A stretch of DNA of 64,000 bases. Source: Candidatus Foliamicus sp. (GTDB taxonomy: Bacteria; Pseudomonadota; Gammaproteobacteria; Steroidobacterales; Foliamicaceae). The position numbers were made by a program, and so were the translations under genes. The notes below the pieces were generated by a model that saw nothing but the letters and a program-made list of their open reading frames with translations, was not told the origin of the DNA and searched no databases. The DNA lies in assembly GCA_965221325.1 (NCBI GenBank), contig OZ244880.1. One strand, given 5' to 3'. Shown here piece after piece: positions 1-8,833 of this stretch; the first letter of the stretch is position 1; every line of letters starts with the position of its first letter.

Positions 1-3000
1 GACACCGACGGGGACGGGGTGGGCGACAACGCCGATGACGACGATGACGGAGACGGTACGCAAGACAGCGTTGATGAATTTCCCCTCGACCCGCACGACT
101 GGCGCGATTCGGATGGCGATGGGGTAGGCGATACCGCGGATTTCTGGCCCGCAGATCCTGAGCGAAGCGATCTTGGATCCTACGAGTTTATTGGCGAACA
201 GTCTTTCGTACCTCTGAGGCCTGGAGTATGGGCAGCCGATGGCGGCGTGGACTCTATGGTGCTGCTAGCTGCGCCGAACTACGATTGTGTAGGAAGTGAC
301 AACTGCGGCTTTGCATATGTCATTTCGCTCCGGGACCTCGACCGTTTAGACCGTGCGGACGGGCGGCGCGACCGCGTCGTTAAACTGTCCAACATCGGAT
401 CAGGCACGGCTTCATGGCGGCTCAAGGGCGAGCCGGGCGGCGGCTTGGGTGGGAGTGGAGGCAGAGGACTGCTATCCGTTGGTGACATGGACGGCGACGG
501 TTTAGCGGATATTCTTCTGGGAGCGCCTTGGCTCAATAGTTCCAGTGGAGCGGTTTACTTTGTGTCAGGGGCTGATCTACCTGCAGCAGACGCGGCGGAT
601 GGCCAGGTGGACCGGAACGTTTGGTTGACATCGGTTATCGGCATTGGGGGGTCGTTCAAAATCGAGGGTAGGGACGCCGGCCACCAGTTGGGTGAGCAGA
701 TTGCGGTCTTTAACGACACGGATGGTGACGGAAAACGGGAGATTCTCGTTGGTGCGGGAGGCAGCGAGCGCGGGAGCCCAAACCTGCTATCCAATCCAGA
801 TTCAGCCTACCAAGAAGGCGCGGTTTACCTACTGGCGAGTGGCGATGTCAAAGCACTGGATGCGGCGGACGGACATACGGACGCACGGATTGCGTTGCAA
901 CAAGTGGCAACCGGATCCAGTTCGTACAGGTTTGTCAGGGAAAAGAGGGGTGATCGTGCCGGCGGCGCATTGGCGGCGGCCGGGGATGTGGACGGCGACG
1001 GTGTGGATGACATTGTCATTGGCGCCAGCCAGTTCCTGCCGGACACGCGCGAGCCGGGGAACATCAGCCCGGGCGCGGCCTATCTTTTGCCCGGCGCGCG
1101 TTTCGCTGACCTGGACGCAGCGGATGGCATGGTGGACGGTTCCGTGCATCTCGCCTTGATCGCAGGGAACGGGGGCTATCAAATTGCACACATGAATGAG
1201 ACTTACAGCTCCTTGGGTCGGGGTGTGGACGCGACGGGGGACGTGGATGGGGACGATCGAGCAGACTTCTGGCTGCACGCCGGTACACATGTGAGTCTGT
1301 TGGTATCCGGTGCGGAGTTGGTGACCATGGATTTAGCGGACGGATTGGAGAATGGACGAATCGACGCTGGGCGGATAGCCCAGTTGCCGCGTTCTATCGG
1401 GTTCAAGAGCTTCATGCGGACGCAGGGCCACTCGAAAGACCACATCCGTCCCGGAAAGGACGGTGGCTTGTTGGCGCCTGCATTTGGCTATGCGGGTTTT
1501 CCCTGCTATTCCGGGGGAGCCTATCTGTTTCCCGGTTCTGCTGTTCAGCGAGCAAACCAAAGCCACGATGGAGTGGTGGACTGGAAGACCTTAGTCTCGG
1601 ATGTTGATTCCTACAGTATGCGGGGTGCTCAGCCCAGTGATAGGCTCGGCTTTCTCGGTCAATACGCCCCGGCAGACTTCGATGGGGACGGTGACGTGGA
1701 CATACTATTGAGCACTGGACGACACCTTCTGCCGCAGAGCAAGAACTCGGTCCAGAGCGTATACCTGCTGATGGCGGCTGACTTGGCAGCGATTGACGCG
1801 GCCGACGGTTCAGAGGATCGGCGACTGCATTTTGGTAATTTTGCCGGCGACACGGATGGCGACCGACTGTCGAATACGCTTGATCAAGACGACGACGGCG
1901 ATGGCGTACCGGATGCTGAGGATGCCTTTCCACTTGATGCTACCGAGTCTGGAGATTCCGATGGCGATTGCTGGGGCAACAACGCTGATTATGATGACGA
2001 TGGCGACGGGATTGCTGATGCGCAGGATACGTTTCCGTTGGACCCTTCGGAATCCTTGGATACCGATGGCGACGGCGTTGGCAACAGTGCTGATACGGAT
2101 GACGACGGTGACGGGGTGCCGGATACCGAGGATGCCTTTCCATTGAAAGGTTCCGAATGGGAGGATTCGGACAGAGACGGCTTTGGGGACAACACCGATG
2201 CGTTTCCGCTTGATGCCTCTGAGAGCAGGGATTCGGACGGAGACGGGGTGGGAGACAACGCGGACGGAGACGACGACAATGATGGCGTTCCCGATGGTGC
2301 GGATCTCGCACCCCTGGACCCGACACGTGTCGACTTGTTGTCCTACGAGTTTGTTTCGGAGCAGACAGGGACTAGGGGGCGAACTGTGCCCGGGGAATGG
2401 ACAGGCAGTGGCGGAGAGGATGCGCTTGTGTTGATTGCGGCCCCGAATTACACGTGTGTTGAAAGCGGAAGCGAAGATTGTCGCGGCGCCGCGTACCTGA
2501 TCGCGTACCAAGATTTGAGTCGTCTCGATTACGTGGACGGATTGCGAGACCGGGTGATTCACTTGAGCAACGTAGGGCATGGCGAGGCCTCGTGGCGGTT
2601 GCTTGGCTCCTCGTGGATGGAGGGTCTCGGGGGTGGATTTTACGAACGAACAGGCCGCCTGCTGTCTTCCGGGGACATGGACGGGGACGGCGTGGTGGAC
2701 GTGCTCGTAAGTGGATACGCGAGTTACGACGGATTCGCTGAGACCTATTTTGTATCCGGGGTCGATTTGCCCGCGGCGGACGCAGCGGACGGTGAGGTTG
2801 ACAGGAGTGTGCGCCTAGAGCTGGCGATGAAGGGTTCCGGCTCCCACCGTCTGGTTGGCGGCGGCGGCGCGCGCCTGTACCATCGCAGCATGCCGCTCGC
2901 GGTCGTGGCCGACCGAGACGGCGACGGAGTAGCTGAGTGGCTTGTCGGCTCGAACGACGCTCGCCCCGATGCCGAGCCCGAAGTAGCTGCCTATCTGGTG

Positions 3001-5859
3001 GCAAGTCGTGATGTCGGCTTGCTGGACGCAGCCGACGGCCACGAGGACGGGCGTATTGAATTGCGCCACGCTCCGTCTGGAGCGCATTCGTACCGGTTCT
3101 TGAGGGAGCAGGAGGGTGACCATGCGGGTGAGGTCCTTGCATCGATGGGCGACGTGGACGGAGACGGGGTCGGAGATATTCTCATTTCGGCCCCGTGGTT
3201 CCGAAGCCGTCCAACCTCCTACCAAGACGGTGCGGTCTACTTTCTTTCGGGTGCGCGGCTGGTCGAGTTGGACGCGGCGGATGGTTCGGTTGACTACTCC
3301 ATTGATCTCGGACTCGTGGCGGGGAGTGGCGGCTACCGGCTGTCTTGGCGTTCCGGCGGCCCTGGGCGGCAGTTCGGAATGTATCCAGACGCGATGGGCG
3401 ACATGGACGGGGACGGCCATGCTGACTTGATGATTGGGTCGTGGACGAGTCCGACGTTGCTGGTGTCCGGCGTGGAATTACCAGCATTGGACCTGAAGGA
3501 CGGCGCGCAGGATGGGCGAATTGATGCGGCGGATGCGTCTGAGTTGCCGCGTTCATTCGGGGTGCATACGCCTGGATGGCATATGCGGCCCTCGAAGAGC
3601 GCTGCGTTCCTGGTCGAAAGTGTGCCTCGGTATCGGTATTCCAGATGTGGCGGCGGGCAGGCCTATCTGTATCCGCGGCACGCGATCGAGCGTAACGATG
3701 TGGAGTCCGAGGGCGTCTTGAGCAGAGATGCGCTGATCGGAGACGCCGATACTTATAGGTTGCTTGGCGCAGCACCCCATGACGCGTTGGCCAGCCAACC
3801 CGCTTATGCTGGGACGGACTACGATGCCGACGGGTCGCCGGACACGCTGCTGACAACCAGCCGACACGATCCTTCAATCGGCGGGCCGGCACTGCGTGAG
3901 AGCACCTATCTGCTCATGGCGGCTGATTTGGAGGCGCTGGATGCTTCAGATGGTGAATCCGACCGGCGGCTGCACTTTGGCAATTTTGCAGGCGATACGG
4001 ACGGAGACGGTCTCTCCAACACTCTCGATACGGACGACGACGGCGATGGCGTGCCGGATGTCGAGGACGCCTTTCCGCTTGATGCTACCGAATGGGGCGA
4101 TCCCGATGGCGATTGCGTGGGCAACAGCATCGATTTCGATGACGATGGCGACGGGTTCGTTGACGAGGACGACGCATTTCCGCTCGATCCCACGGAGTGG
4201 GTGGACACCGACGGCGACGGCGTGGGCGACAACGCCGATACGGACGATGACGGCGATGGCGTGGAGGACAGGCTGGATTTATTCCCGCTGGATCCGGCGC
4301 GCTCGGCGCTGCGTTCGTTCCGGTTTAACGCGGAAACGGCGGACAGCCGGCTTGGCAGCTCGCTTGCGGTGATAGGGGATATCGACGGCGATGGAACGCC
4401 TGAAGTCGGGTTCGGTGCGCCAAACGCAGAGACCGGCGGTGCGGCGTACGTGCTGTCCACGCCGGAGCTGGGCATGACGGACAACGCGGACGGTGCGGAG
4501 GATGGTGCTGTTTCGGCATCAGGCATCGCGGCGCGGGCCGGGTCCTGGGAGCTTAGGGGAGGCGAGGGGCAATCGGCGGTCGTTTCGGTGTTTGCGGTGG
4601 GTGATCTGACCGGGGATGGTTCGCCGGAGTTCGGCGTTGTGACGGGACCGGACGGGGAGCAATCCGTGTATGTGGTATCCGGAACGGACTTGGCTGAGGC
4701 CGACGCGGAGGACGGGACATCGGATGGCGTGCTTGATTTGAGTGCGCTGTCGGGTAATGGGCGGGCGTCGCGGCGTGTATCCGGGCTGCGGCGCGCTGCG
4801 GGCGATGGTCTTGCCGCGATTGGCGACGCGGATGATGACGGTCGTGCGGACCTGCTTGTTTCGGAATCGATGGCGGACGACGAAGCGGGCCTGGCGGGTC
4901 TGATCCTCGGGGACATCGACTTGCAGGCGGTCTACGACTGGACGTTTGCCGGAGAGCAGGCCGGCGATGCGGCCGGCCGCGGCCTGAGCGCGGCGGACTT
5001 TGATGGCGACGGTCTGTCGGACCTGGTGGTCGGCGCGCCGGGCCGGGAACACGCGGATTCGGGTGGCGGCGCGGTGTATGTGGTCGGCAGCCGCGACTGG
5101 CGGGCGATTGATGCGGAAGACGGGACGCAAGACAGGCGTATTGCCTTGGGCCGCGTGGCCTCGGCGGCGCAGTCCTGGAAGCTGCAGACCGATAATCCGC
5201 ACACGCAACTGGGTGCGCGTGTATTGGTTGGGGATGTGGACGGCGACGGCAGTCCGGACCTGGTGCTGCCTTCCGCGTTCTCGGATGCGCGCCCGGCGCT
5301 GCGTGTGTTTGTGGCGTCCGGCGATAGCGACCGGCTTGCGGCGCTGGATGCGGAGGATGGCGCCGGCGATGGCGAGCTGCGTCTGCGCGTTGGCGACAGC
5401 TTGCCGGGGCGCTGGACGTTCGACCTGGATGCCGGGGAAGGCGCGCGCATCGGCCTGGACGACTTCGATGGCGACGGCCGCGCCGATCTGCTTGTGGGCT
5501 TGCCGTCGGCGGATCAGGCGAATGGCGTGTGCGCTTACCTGTTTGCGGCGGCGGATGTCTTCAGCGGCGCAATGTCGGGCACGGGCAGTGCCGAACCGCT
5601 GAACGGTGTGTGGCCGCATCCGAACTCCTATGCGGTGCAGGATTGCCCGGCGCGGGGCGACGCCGCACCCGTGCTTCGCGCACCCGGCGACCTGGACGGC
5701 GATGAAGCGCCGGACCTCCTGATCGGCATCCCGGAATCGGCGGAAGGCGGCGCCGTCTATTTGATCTCCGGGGCTGATCTGCAGGCGCTCGACCGGCTCG
5801 ACGGACACCGCGACCGCACCATCTCGCTCGCCAGGATCAACCGCGACCCGCCGCGCTGA
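1..5859 (+). CDS. Giant Ca-binding surface/secreted protein with alternating thrombospondin type-3 (TSP3) tracts and FG-GAP (integrin alpha-like) beta-propellers; 5' end lies outside the window
   Basis: Frame is open from base 1 (GAC ACC GAC GGG GAC GGG GTG = DTDGDGV). Many DxDGDG(V)GDNAD/DAFPLD repeats; GD(M/V)DGDGxxD(I/L)xxGAP...GAVY blades. Confidence 0.85.
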   Translation, partial: DTDGDGVGDNADDDDDGDGTQDSVDEFPLDPHDWRDSDGDGVGDTADFWPADPERSDLGSYEFIGEQSFVPLRPGVWAADGGVDSMVLLAAPNYDCVGSDNCGFAYVISLRDLDRLDRADGRRDRVVKLSNIGSGTASWRLKGEPGGGLGGSGGRGLLSVGDMDGDGLADILLGAPWLNSSSGAVYFVSGADLPAADAADGQVDRNVWLTSVIGIGGSFKIEGRDAGHQLGEQIAVFNDTDGDGKREILVGAGGSERGSPNLLSNPDSAYQEGAVYLLASGDVKALDAADGHTDARIALQQVATGSSSYRFVREKRGDRAGGALAAAGDVDGDGVDDIVIGASQFLPDTREPGNISPGAAYLLPGARFADLDAADGMVDGSVHLALIAGNGGYQIAHMNETYSSLGRGVDATGDVDGDDRADFWLHAGTHVSLLVSGAELVTMDLADGLENGRIDAGRIAQLPRSIGFKSFMRTQGHSKDHIRPGKDGGLLAPAFGYAGFPCYSGGAYLFPGSAVQRANQSHDGVVDWKTLVSDVDSYSMRGAQPSDRLGFLGQYAPADFDGDGDVDILLSTGRHLLPQSKNSVQSVYLLMAADLAAIDAADGSEDRRLHFGNFAGDTDGDRLSNTLDQDDDGDGVPDAEDAFPLDATESGDSDGDCWGNNADYDDDGDGIADAQDTFPLDPSESLDTDGDGVGNSADTDDDGDGVPDTEDAFPLKGSEWEDSDRDGFGDNTDAFPLDASESRDSDGDGVGDNADGDDDNDGVPDGADLAPLDPTRVDLLSYEFVSEQTGTRGRTVPGEWTGSGGEDALVLIAAPNYTCVESGSEDCRGAAYLIAYQDLSRLDYVDGLRDRVIHLSNVGHGEASWRLLGSSWMEGLGGGFYERTGRLLSSGDMDGDGVVDVLVSGYASYDGFAETYFVSGVDLPAADAADGEVDRSVRLELAMKGSGSHRLVGGGGARLYHRSMPLAVVADRDGDGVAEWLVGSNDARPDAEPEVAAYLVASRDVGLLDAADGHEDGRIELRHAPSGAHSYRFLREQEGDHAGEVLASMGDVDGDGVGDILISAPWFRSRPTSYQDGAVYFLSGARLVELDAADGSVDYSIDLGLVAGSGGYRLSWRSGGPGRQFGMYPDAMGDMDGDGHADLMIGSWTSPTLLVSGVELPALDLKDGAQDGRIDAADASELPRSFGVHTPGWHMRPSKSAAFLVESVPRYRYSRCGGGQAYLYPRHAIERNDVESEGVLSRDALIGDADTYRLLGAAPHDALASQPAYAGTDYDADGSPDTLLTTSRHDPSIGGPALRESTYLLMAADLEALDASDGESDRRLHFGNFAGDTDGDGLSNTLDTDDDGDGVPDVEDAFPLDATEWGDPDGDCVGNSIDFDDDGDGFVDEDDAFPLDPTEWVDTDGDGVGDNADTDDDGDGVEDRLDLFPLDPARSALRSFRFNAETADSRLGSSLAVIGDIDGDGTPEVGFGAPNAETGGAAYVLSTPELGMTDNADGAEDGAVSASGIAARAGSWELRGGEGQSAVVSVFAVGDLTGDGSPEFGVVTGPDGEQSVYVVSGTDLAEADAEDGTSDGVLDLSALSGNGRASRRVSGLRRAAGDGLAAIGDADDDGRADLLVSESMADDEAGLAGLILGDIDLQAVYDWTFAGEQAGDAAGRGLSAADFDGDGLSDLVVGAPGREHADSGGGAVYVVGSRDWRAIDAEDGTQDRRIALGRVASAAQSWKLQTDNPHTQLGARVLVGDVDGDGSPDLVLPSAFSDARPALRVFVASGDSDRLAALDAEDGAGDGELRLRVGDSLPGRWTFDLDAGEGARIGLDDFDGDGRADLLVGLPSADQANGVCAYLFAAADVFSGAMSGTGSAEPLNGVWPHPNSYAVQDCPARGDAAPVLRAPGDLDGDEAPDLLIGIPESAEGGAVYLISGADLQALDRLDGHRDRTISLARINRDPPR
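170..4300 (+). repeat. Internal duplication of a propeller+TSP3 module (about 170-2330 and 2330-4300)
   Basis: Paired segments SYEF..LLAAPNYxC and YLLMAADLxAxDAxDGxxDRRLHFGNFAGDTDGDxLSNTLD near 1760 and 3905; boundaries approximate. Confidence 0.75.
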
Positions 5860-5928
5860 GCGCATCATCCCAATGCGCTTTCAAGGGTTTGCAACGGCGT
5901 AGCCGCCGTTTCCGCACCAATTTTGGCC

Positions 5929-6744
5929 CTATTGGCGCAGGAAGCGTTCGATCTCTCCGACGACAAAATCGCGCTCCAGGCTGAGCAGTCCATGCGACAC
6001 GCCCGGGATATCGAGGCGGCGCCCGGCCTGGAAGAGATGCGATGTCTCTCGGGTTACATCCCAGAGATCGTCCTCGGGATTGAAAACCAGCACCGGCTGC
6101 TCCACTTCCGCCATGGCGCCCAGGAAGTCGTAGCGATAGACGGCGATGTATCCCCAGGGAAGCCGTGACCCCAGGCGCAGGCTTTCCGCCATGCCGATGT
6201 GCAGCTCTTCGGGGGGTATCCTGGGATCGGCGAGCTCGCCAATGATCGACCAGAGTTTCTCGACATGGGCAAGCGTTCGGTCCGGTGCTGGAAAACGGTC
6301 GCTCAAACGGGCCAGTTTGCCGGCGCGCACGTCCTCCGGGTAGGCCGCCAACCCAAACAATACGCAGCGACGTACGCGCTGCCTGTCCTGGTGCGCCATC
6401 TCGGTGGCGGTGATCGAGCCGGTGTGATAGCCCATCACGTCGAAGGGACCCGGCGCCACGATTCCTCGCTCCGCCAGGTGCTCCATGAAGTCGAACATCG
6501 CCCCGGCGTAGTCGCCGATTTCCGGCGGTTCAGGCGGCGGGTCGCTCATGCCGTAACCCGGAGTGTCGGGAGCAACGACCACCCTGTCTCGCGCCAGAGC
6601 CGGCTGAATGGGCTCCCATTGGCTGCCATTGCTTGGCGTTTGGTGCAGGCATAGCAGTGGTGGCTGCGATGCCGCTTCGGGCATCGCTATCCGATAATGC
6701 ATTTGGCCGAAACGGCTGGGCGCGTAGGCTTTCGTGGGAATCAT
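5929..6744 (-). CDS. Alpha/beta-hydrolase fold protein
   Basis: LLCLHQTP, APDTPGYGMSD, elbow GYHTG, PVLVF..DD, C-terminal SHG. Confidence 0.8.
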   Translation of the reverse strand: MIPTKAYAPSRFGQMHYRIAMPEAASQPPLLCLHQTPSNGSQWEPIQPALARDRVVVAPDTPGYGMSDPPPEPPEIGDYAGAMFDFMEHLAERGIVAPGPFDVMGYHTGSITATEMAHQDRQRVRRCVLFGLAAYPEDVRAGKLARLSDRFPAPDRTLAHVEKLWSIIGELADPRIPPEELHIGMAESLRLGSRLPWGYIAVYRYDFLGAMAEVEQPVLVFNPEDDLWDVTRETSHLFQAGRRLDIPGVSHGLLSLERDFVVGEIERFLRQ

Positions 6745-6753
6745 CGAGTCGGT

Positions 6754-7797
6754 TTAGCGGTGGTGAAGTTCGAGGATGTCGCCGTCGCGAATCTCGTGAC
6801 GGGGACTGACCTGCTGTCCATCATAAACGTTGGTGCCCCAAATCCGGGCAAAGCGCAGGCTGCCGGCAATGTCCTTGTGGACCAGGTTCGCGAGTTCGCT
6901 CACTGTAGCGCCATTTCGGAGCGTGAAGGGGCGGCCCAAGTCGGGCGGCTTACCCGGCGACTTGGTATAAGCGCGCACCACACCCAAGCCGCGGAACAGG
7001 AATTCGGGAATGGCCTGAAGGTTTTCTCCGCCTTCCGCGGACACGCAAAGGGCCGGAAAATCTAATGTTTTGCGCAGCTTCCCGAGTGCTTCATCGCAAT
7101 CGGCCAGGTCCGCCTTGTTCGCCACCAGCAGGGCAGGGAGGCGGATGCGAAAAAGGTCCTCGAAACTGTCCTGCTGCTTCGCCTTGCGTTTGGCCCGTCG
7201 CTTCCCGCGCGCATCCTCAAGCCCCGGCCACTGTGAAATCAGGCTGACTCGCTTCTCGGCCATTTTTTCTATCACCACCGCAAGCTCATCGGCGCATTCG
7301 GGCGAAGCGATATCCACCACGAGCAATGCCGCGTCCGCCGGCTGCAAGGCGGTGCTCAGCCAAGGCTGCATGCGTTCGCGCGCGACCGGAGGCAGGTCAA
7401 CGAGCTGAAAGTGAATGTCGTGGTAGGGCGCCATGCCGGGAATCGGCGTTTCGGTCGTGTGCGGCCAGGCCCCCACGGTGGACTGCGAGCCCGTCAGCGC
7501 CGCGTGCAGCATGGACTTGCCGGCGTTCGGCGGCCCCAGCAACGCCACCTGAGCCGCGCCTTCGCGGCGCACGGCATGCGCAGGCCCGGAACGCGCACCG
7601 CCCTTGCGCGGCGCCGAAAGCTCGGCGGCGAGCAGCTTGATACGGGTCTTGATGTCGGCCTGGACATGTTCAGTGCCTTTGTGCTTGGGGATCAGGCGCA
7701 GCATTTCGCGCAGGCAGCGCAGCCTGTCCCCCGGTTCCCGGGCTTCGCGAAACGCCTGTTCGGCCTTCTTGTATTCCGGGGTGACGTTGGTGGGCAT
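6754..7797 (-). CDS. DRG-like OBG-family GTPase with C-terminal TGS domain
   Basis: IPKHKGTE N-terminal motif, G1 GPPNAGKS, PHTT, DLPP, NKAD, SA; TGS-like YTKSPG..ATVSELANLVHKD..RDGDILELH. Confidence 0.85.
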   Translation of the reverse strand: MPTNVTPEYKKAEQAFREAREPGDRLRCLREMLRLIPKHKGTEHVQADIKTRIKLLAAELSAPRKGGARSGPAHAVRREGAAQVALLGPPNAGKSMLHAALTGSQSTVGAWPHTTETPIPGMAPYHDIHFQLVDLPPVARERMQPWLSTALQPADAALLVVDIASPECADELAVVIEKMAEKRVSLISQWPGLEDARGKRRAKRKAKQQDSFEDLFRIRLPALLVANKADLADCDEALGKLRKTLDFPALCVSAEGGENLQAIPEFLFRGLGVVRAYTKSPGKPPDLGRPFTLRNGATVSELANLVHKDIAGSLRFARIWGTNVYDGQQVSPRHEIRDGDILELHHR

Positions 7798-7846
7798 GGG
7801 GCCGAAAGTTTACCCTTGGCAACTCCGTTCAAGGATAATTGGGGCC

Positions 7847-8833
7847 ATGGACGCGCGCAGCGGTCTGTTCCACGTTATCGATACCCGGCAGTTCAACCGG
7901 CAGACGCTTGATGATTTGTGCCGCCTGGCGACCCGCGCGCGCACCCTGGCGAAGTCGTACGAGGGCGCGCTGGCGCTCGCAAGACTGGCGCCCAACCGCC
8001 GCGCCATGCTGTATTTCACGCAGCCGTCCACGCGCACTTTTCTGTCCTTCAACAGCGCCTGCCACATCCTCGGCATGCATACCAGCGAAATTCGCAGTGC
8101 GTCGATTTCTTCGGAAGTAAAGGGAGAAACCTTCGAGGACAGTATTCGCACCTTCAGCTCCTACGCCGACGTGATCATCATGCGTACTCCGGAAGGAGGC
8201 AAGGCGGCGCGGGCCGCCGAGCTTATGGACAGCATTCCGCGTCCTGTGCCGGTTATCAACGCCGGCAGCGGGCCGGATCAACACCCGACGCAGGCGCTGC
8301 TGGACATTTACACGCTGGAGCGCAGCTTCGAGCCGCGCGGTGGCATCGATGGCAAGAGCATCGCCATGATGGGCGACCTGCGGCGTGGCCGAACGGTGCG
8401 TTCGCTAAGCTACCTGATGAAGAACTATCGGGACGTGCGCCTGTTTTTCGTGGCTCCGCCAGGCTTCGAGATCAAACAGGATATCCTCGATCATCTGGAT
8501 GCGCACGGTGTGACCTATGCATGTAGCAGCAGCCTGGATGACGTGGCCGGGAGCCTGGATGCGCTGTACGTCACGCGCCTGCAGTCGGAGTACGACGAAC
8601 AGGAACCGGTGGCTGCTGAATATGCACCTTATGCCATAGACCTGCAGCAATTGGCCAAACTGCCGGCCGAGGCGATCATCATGCACCCCTTGCCACGCGG
8701 TCCGGAGCTCGATCCTTCCATCGATAACGATCCGCGCGTCATGTACTGGCGGCAGGAACGCAACGGCATGTGGATGCGGGTGGCATTGCTGGCCACGCTA
8801 TTTGATCTTGATACCCGGCCTGAGTTGGTATGA
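7847..8833 (+). CDS. pyrB: Aspartate carbamoyltransferase catalytic subunit
   Basis: FTQPSTRTFLSF, KGETFED, NAGSGPDQHPTQALLD, GDLRRGRTVRSL, HPLPR. Start moved to ATG 7847 because the upstream extension overlaps the GTPase gene. Confidence 0.9.
   Translation: MDARSGLFHVIDTRQFNRQTLDDLCRLATRARTLAKSYEGALALARLAPNRRAMLYFTQPSTRTFLSFNSACHILGMHTSEIRSASISSEVKGETFEDSIRTFSSYADVIIMRTPEGGKAARAAELMDSIPRPVPVINAGSGPDQHPTQALLDIYTLERSFEPRGGIDGKSIAMMGDLRRGRTVRSLSYLMKNYRDVRLFFVAPPGFEIKQDILDHLDAHGVTYACSSSLDDVAGSLDALYVTRLQSEYDEQEPVAAEYAPYAIDLQQLAKLPAEAIIMHPLPRGPELDPSIDNDPRVMYWRQERNGMWMRVALLATLFDLDTRPELV

Noticed and set aside
1846-2330. Short periodic DNA repeats resembling an array
   Set aside because: They are in-frame TSP3 coding repeats with synonymous variation, not CRISPR; no cas genes are present.
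3906-5868. Long antisense ORFs (336 and 449 aa), and similar ones at 8872-10458, 15864-17267, 41574-42833, 54638-55870, 56820-58082 and 62995-63957
   Set aside because: Shadow frames of well-supported genes in GC-rich DNA, with no recognisable motifs.
7604-7846. N-terminal extensions in the ORF track (pyrB; also 21553, 22949, 24070, 42791, 44548, 45507, 60880 and several gsp genes)
   Set aside because: They overlap neighbouring genes or promoters; downstream starts match family N-termini and stop/start overlaps.
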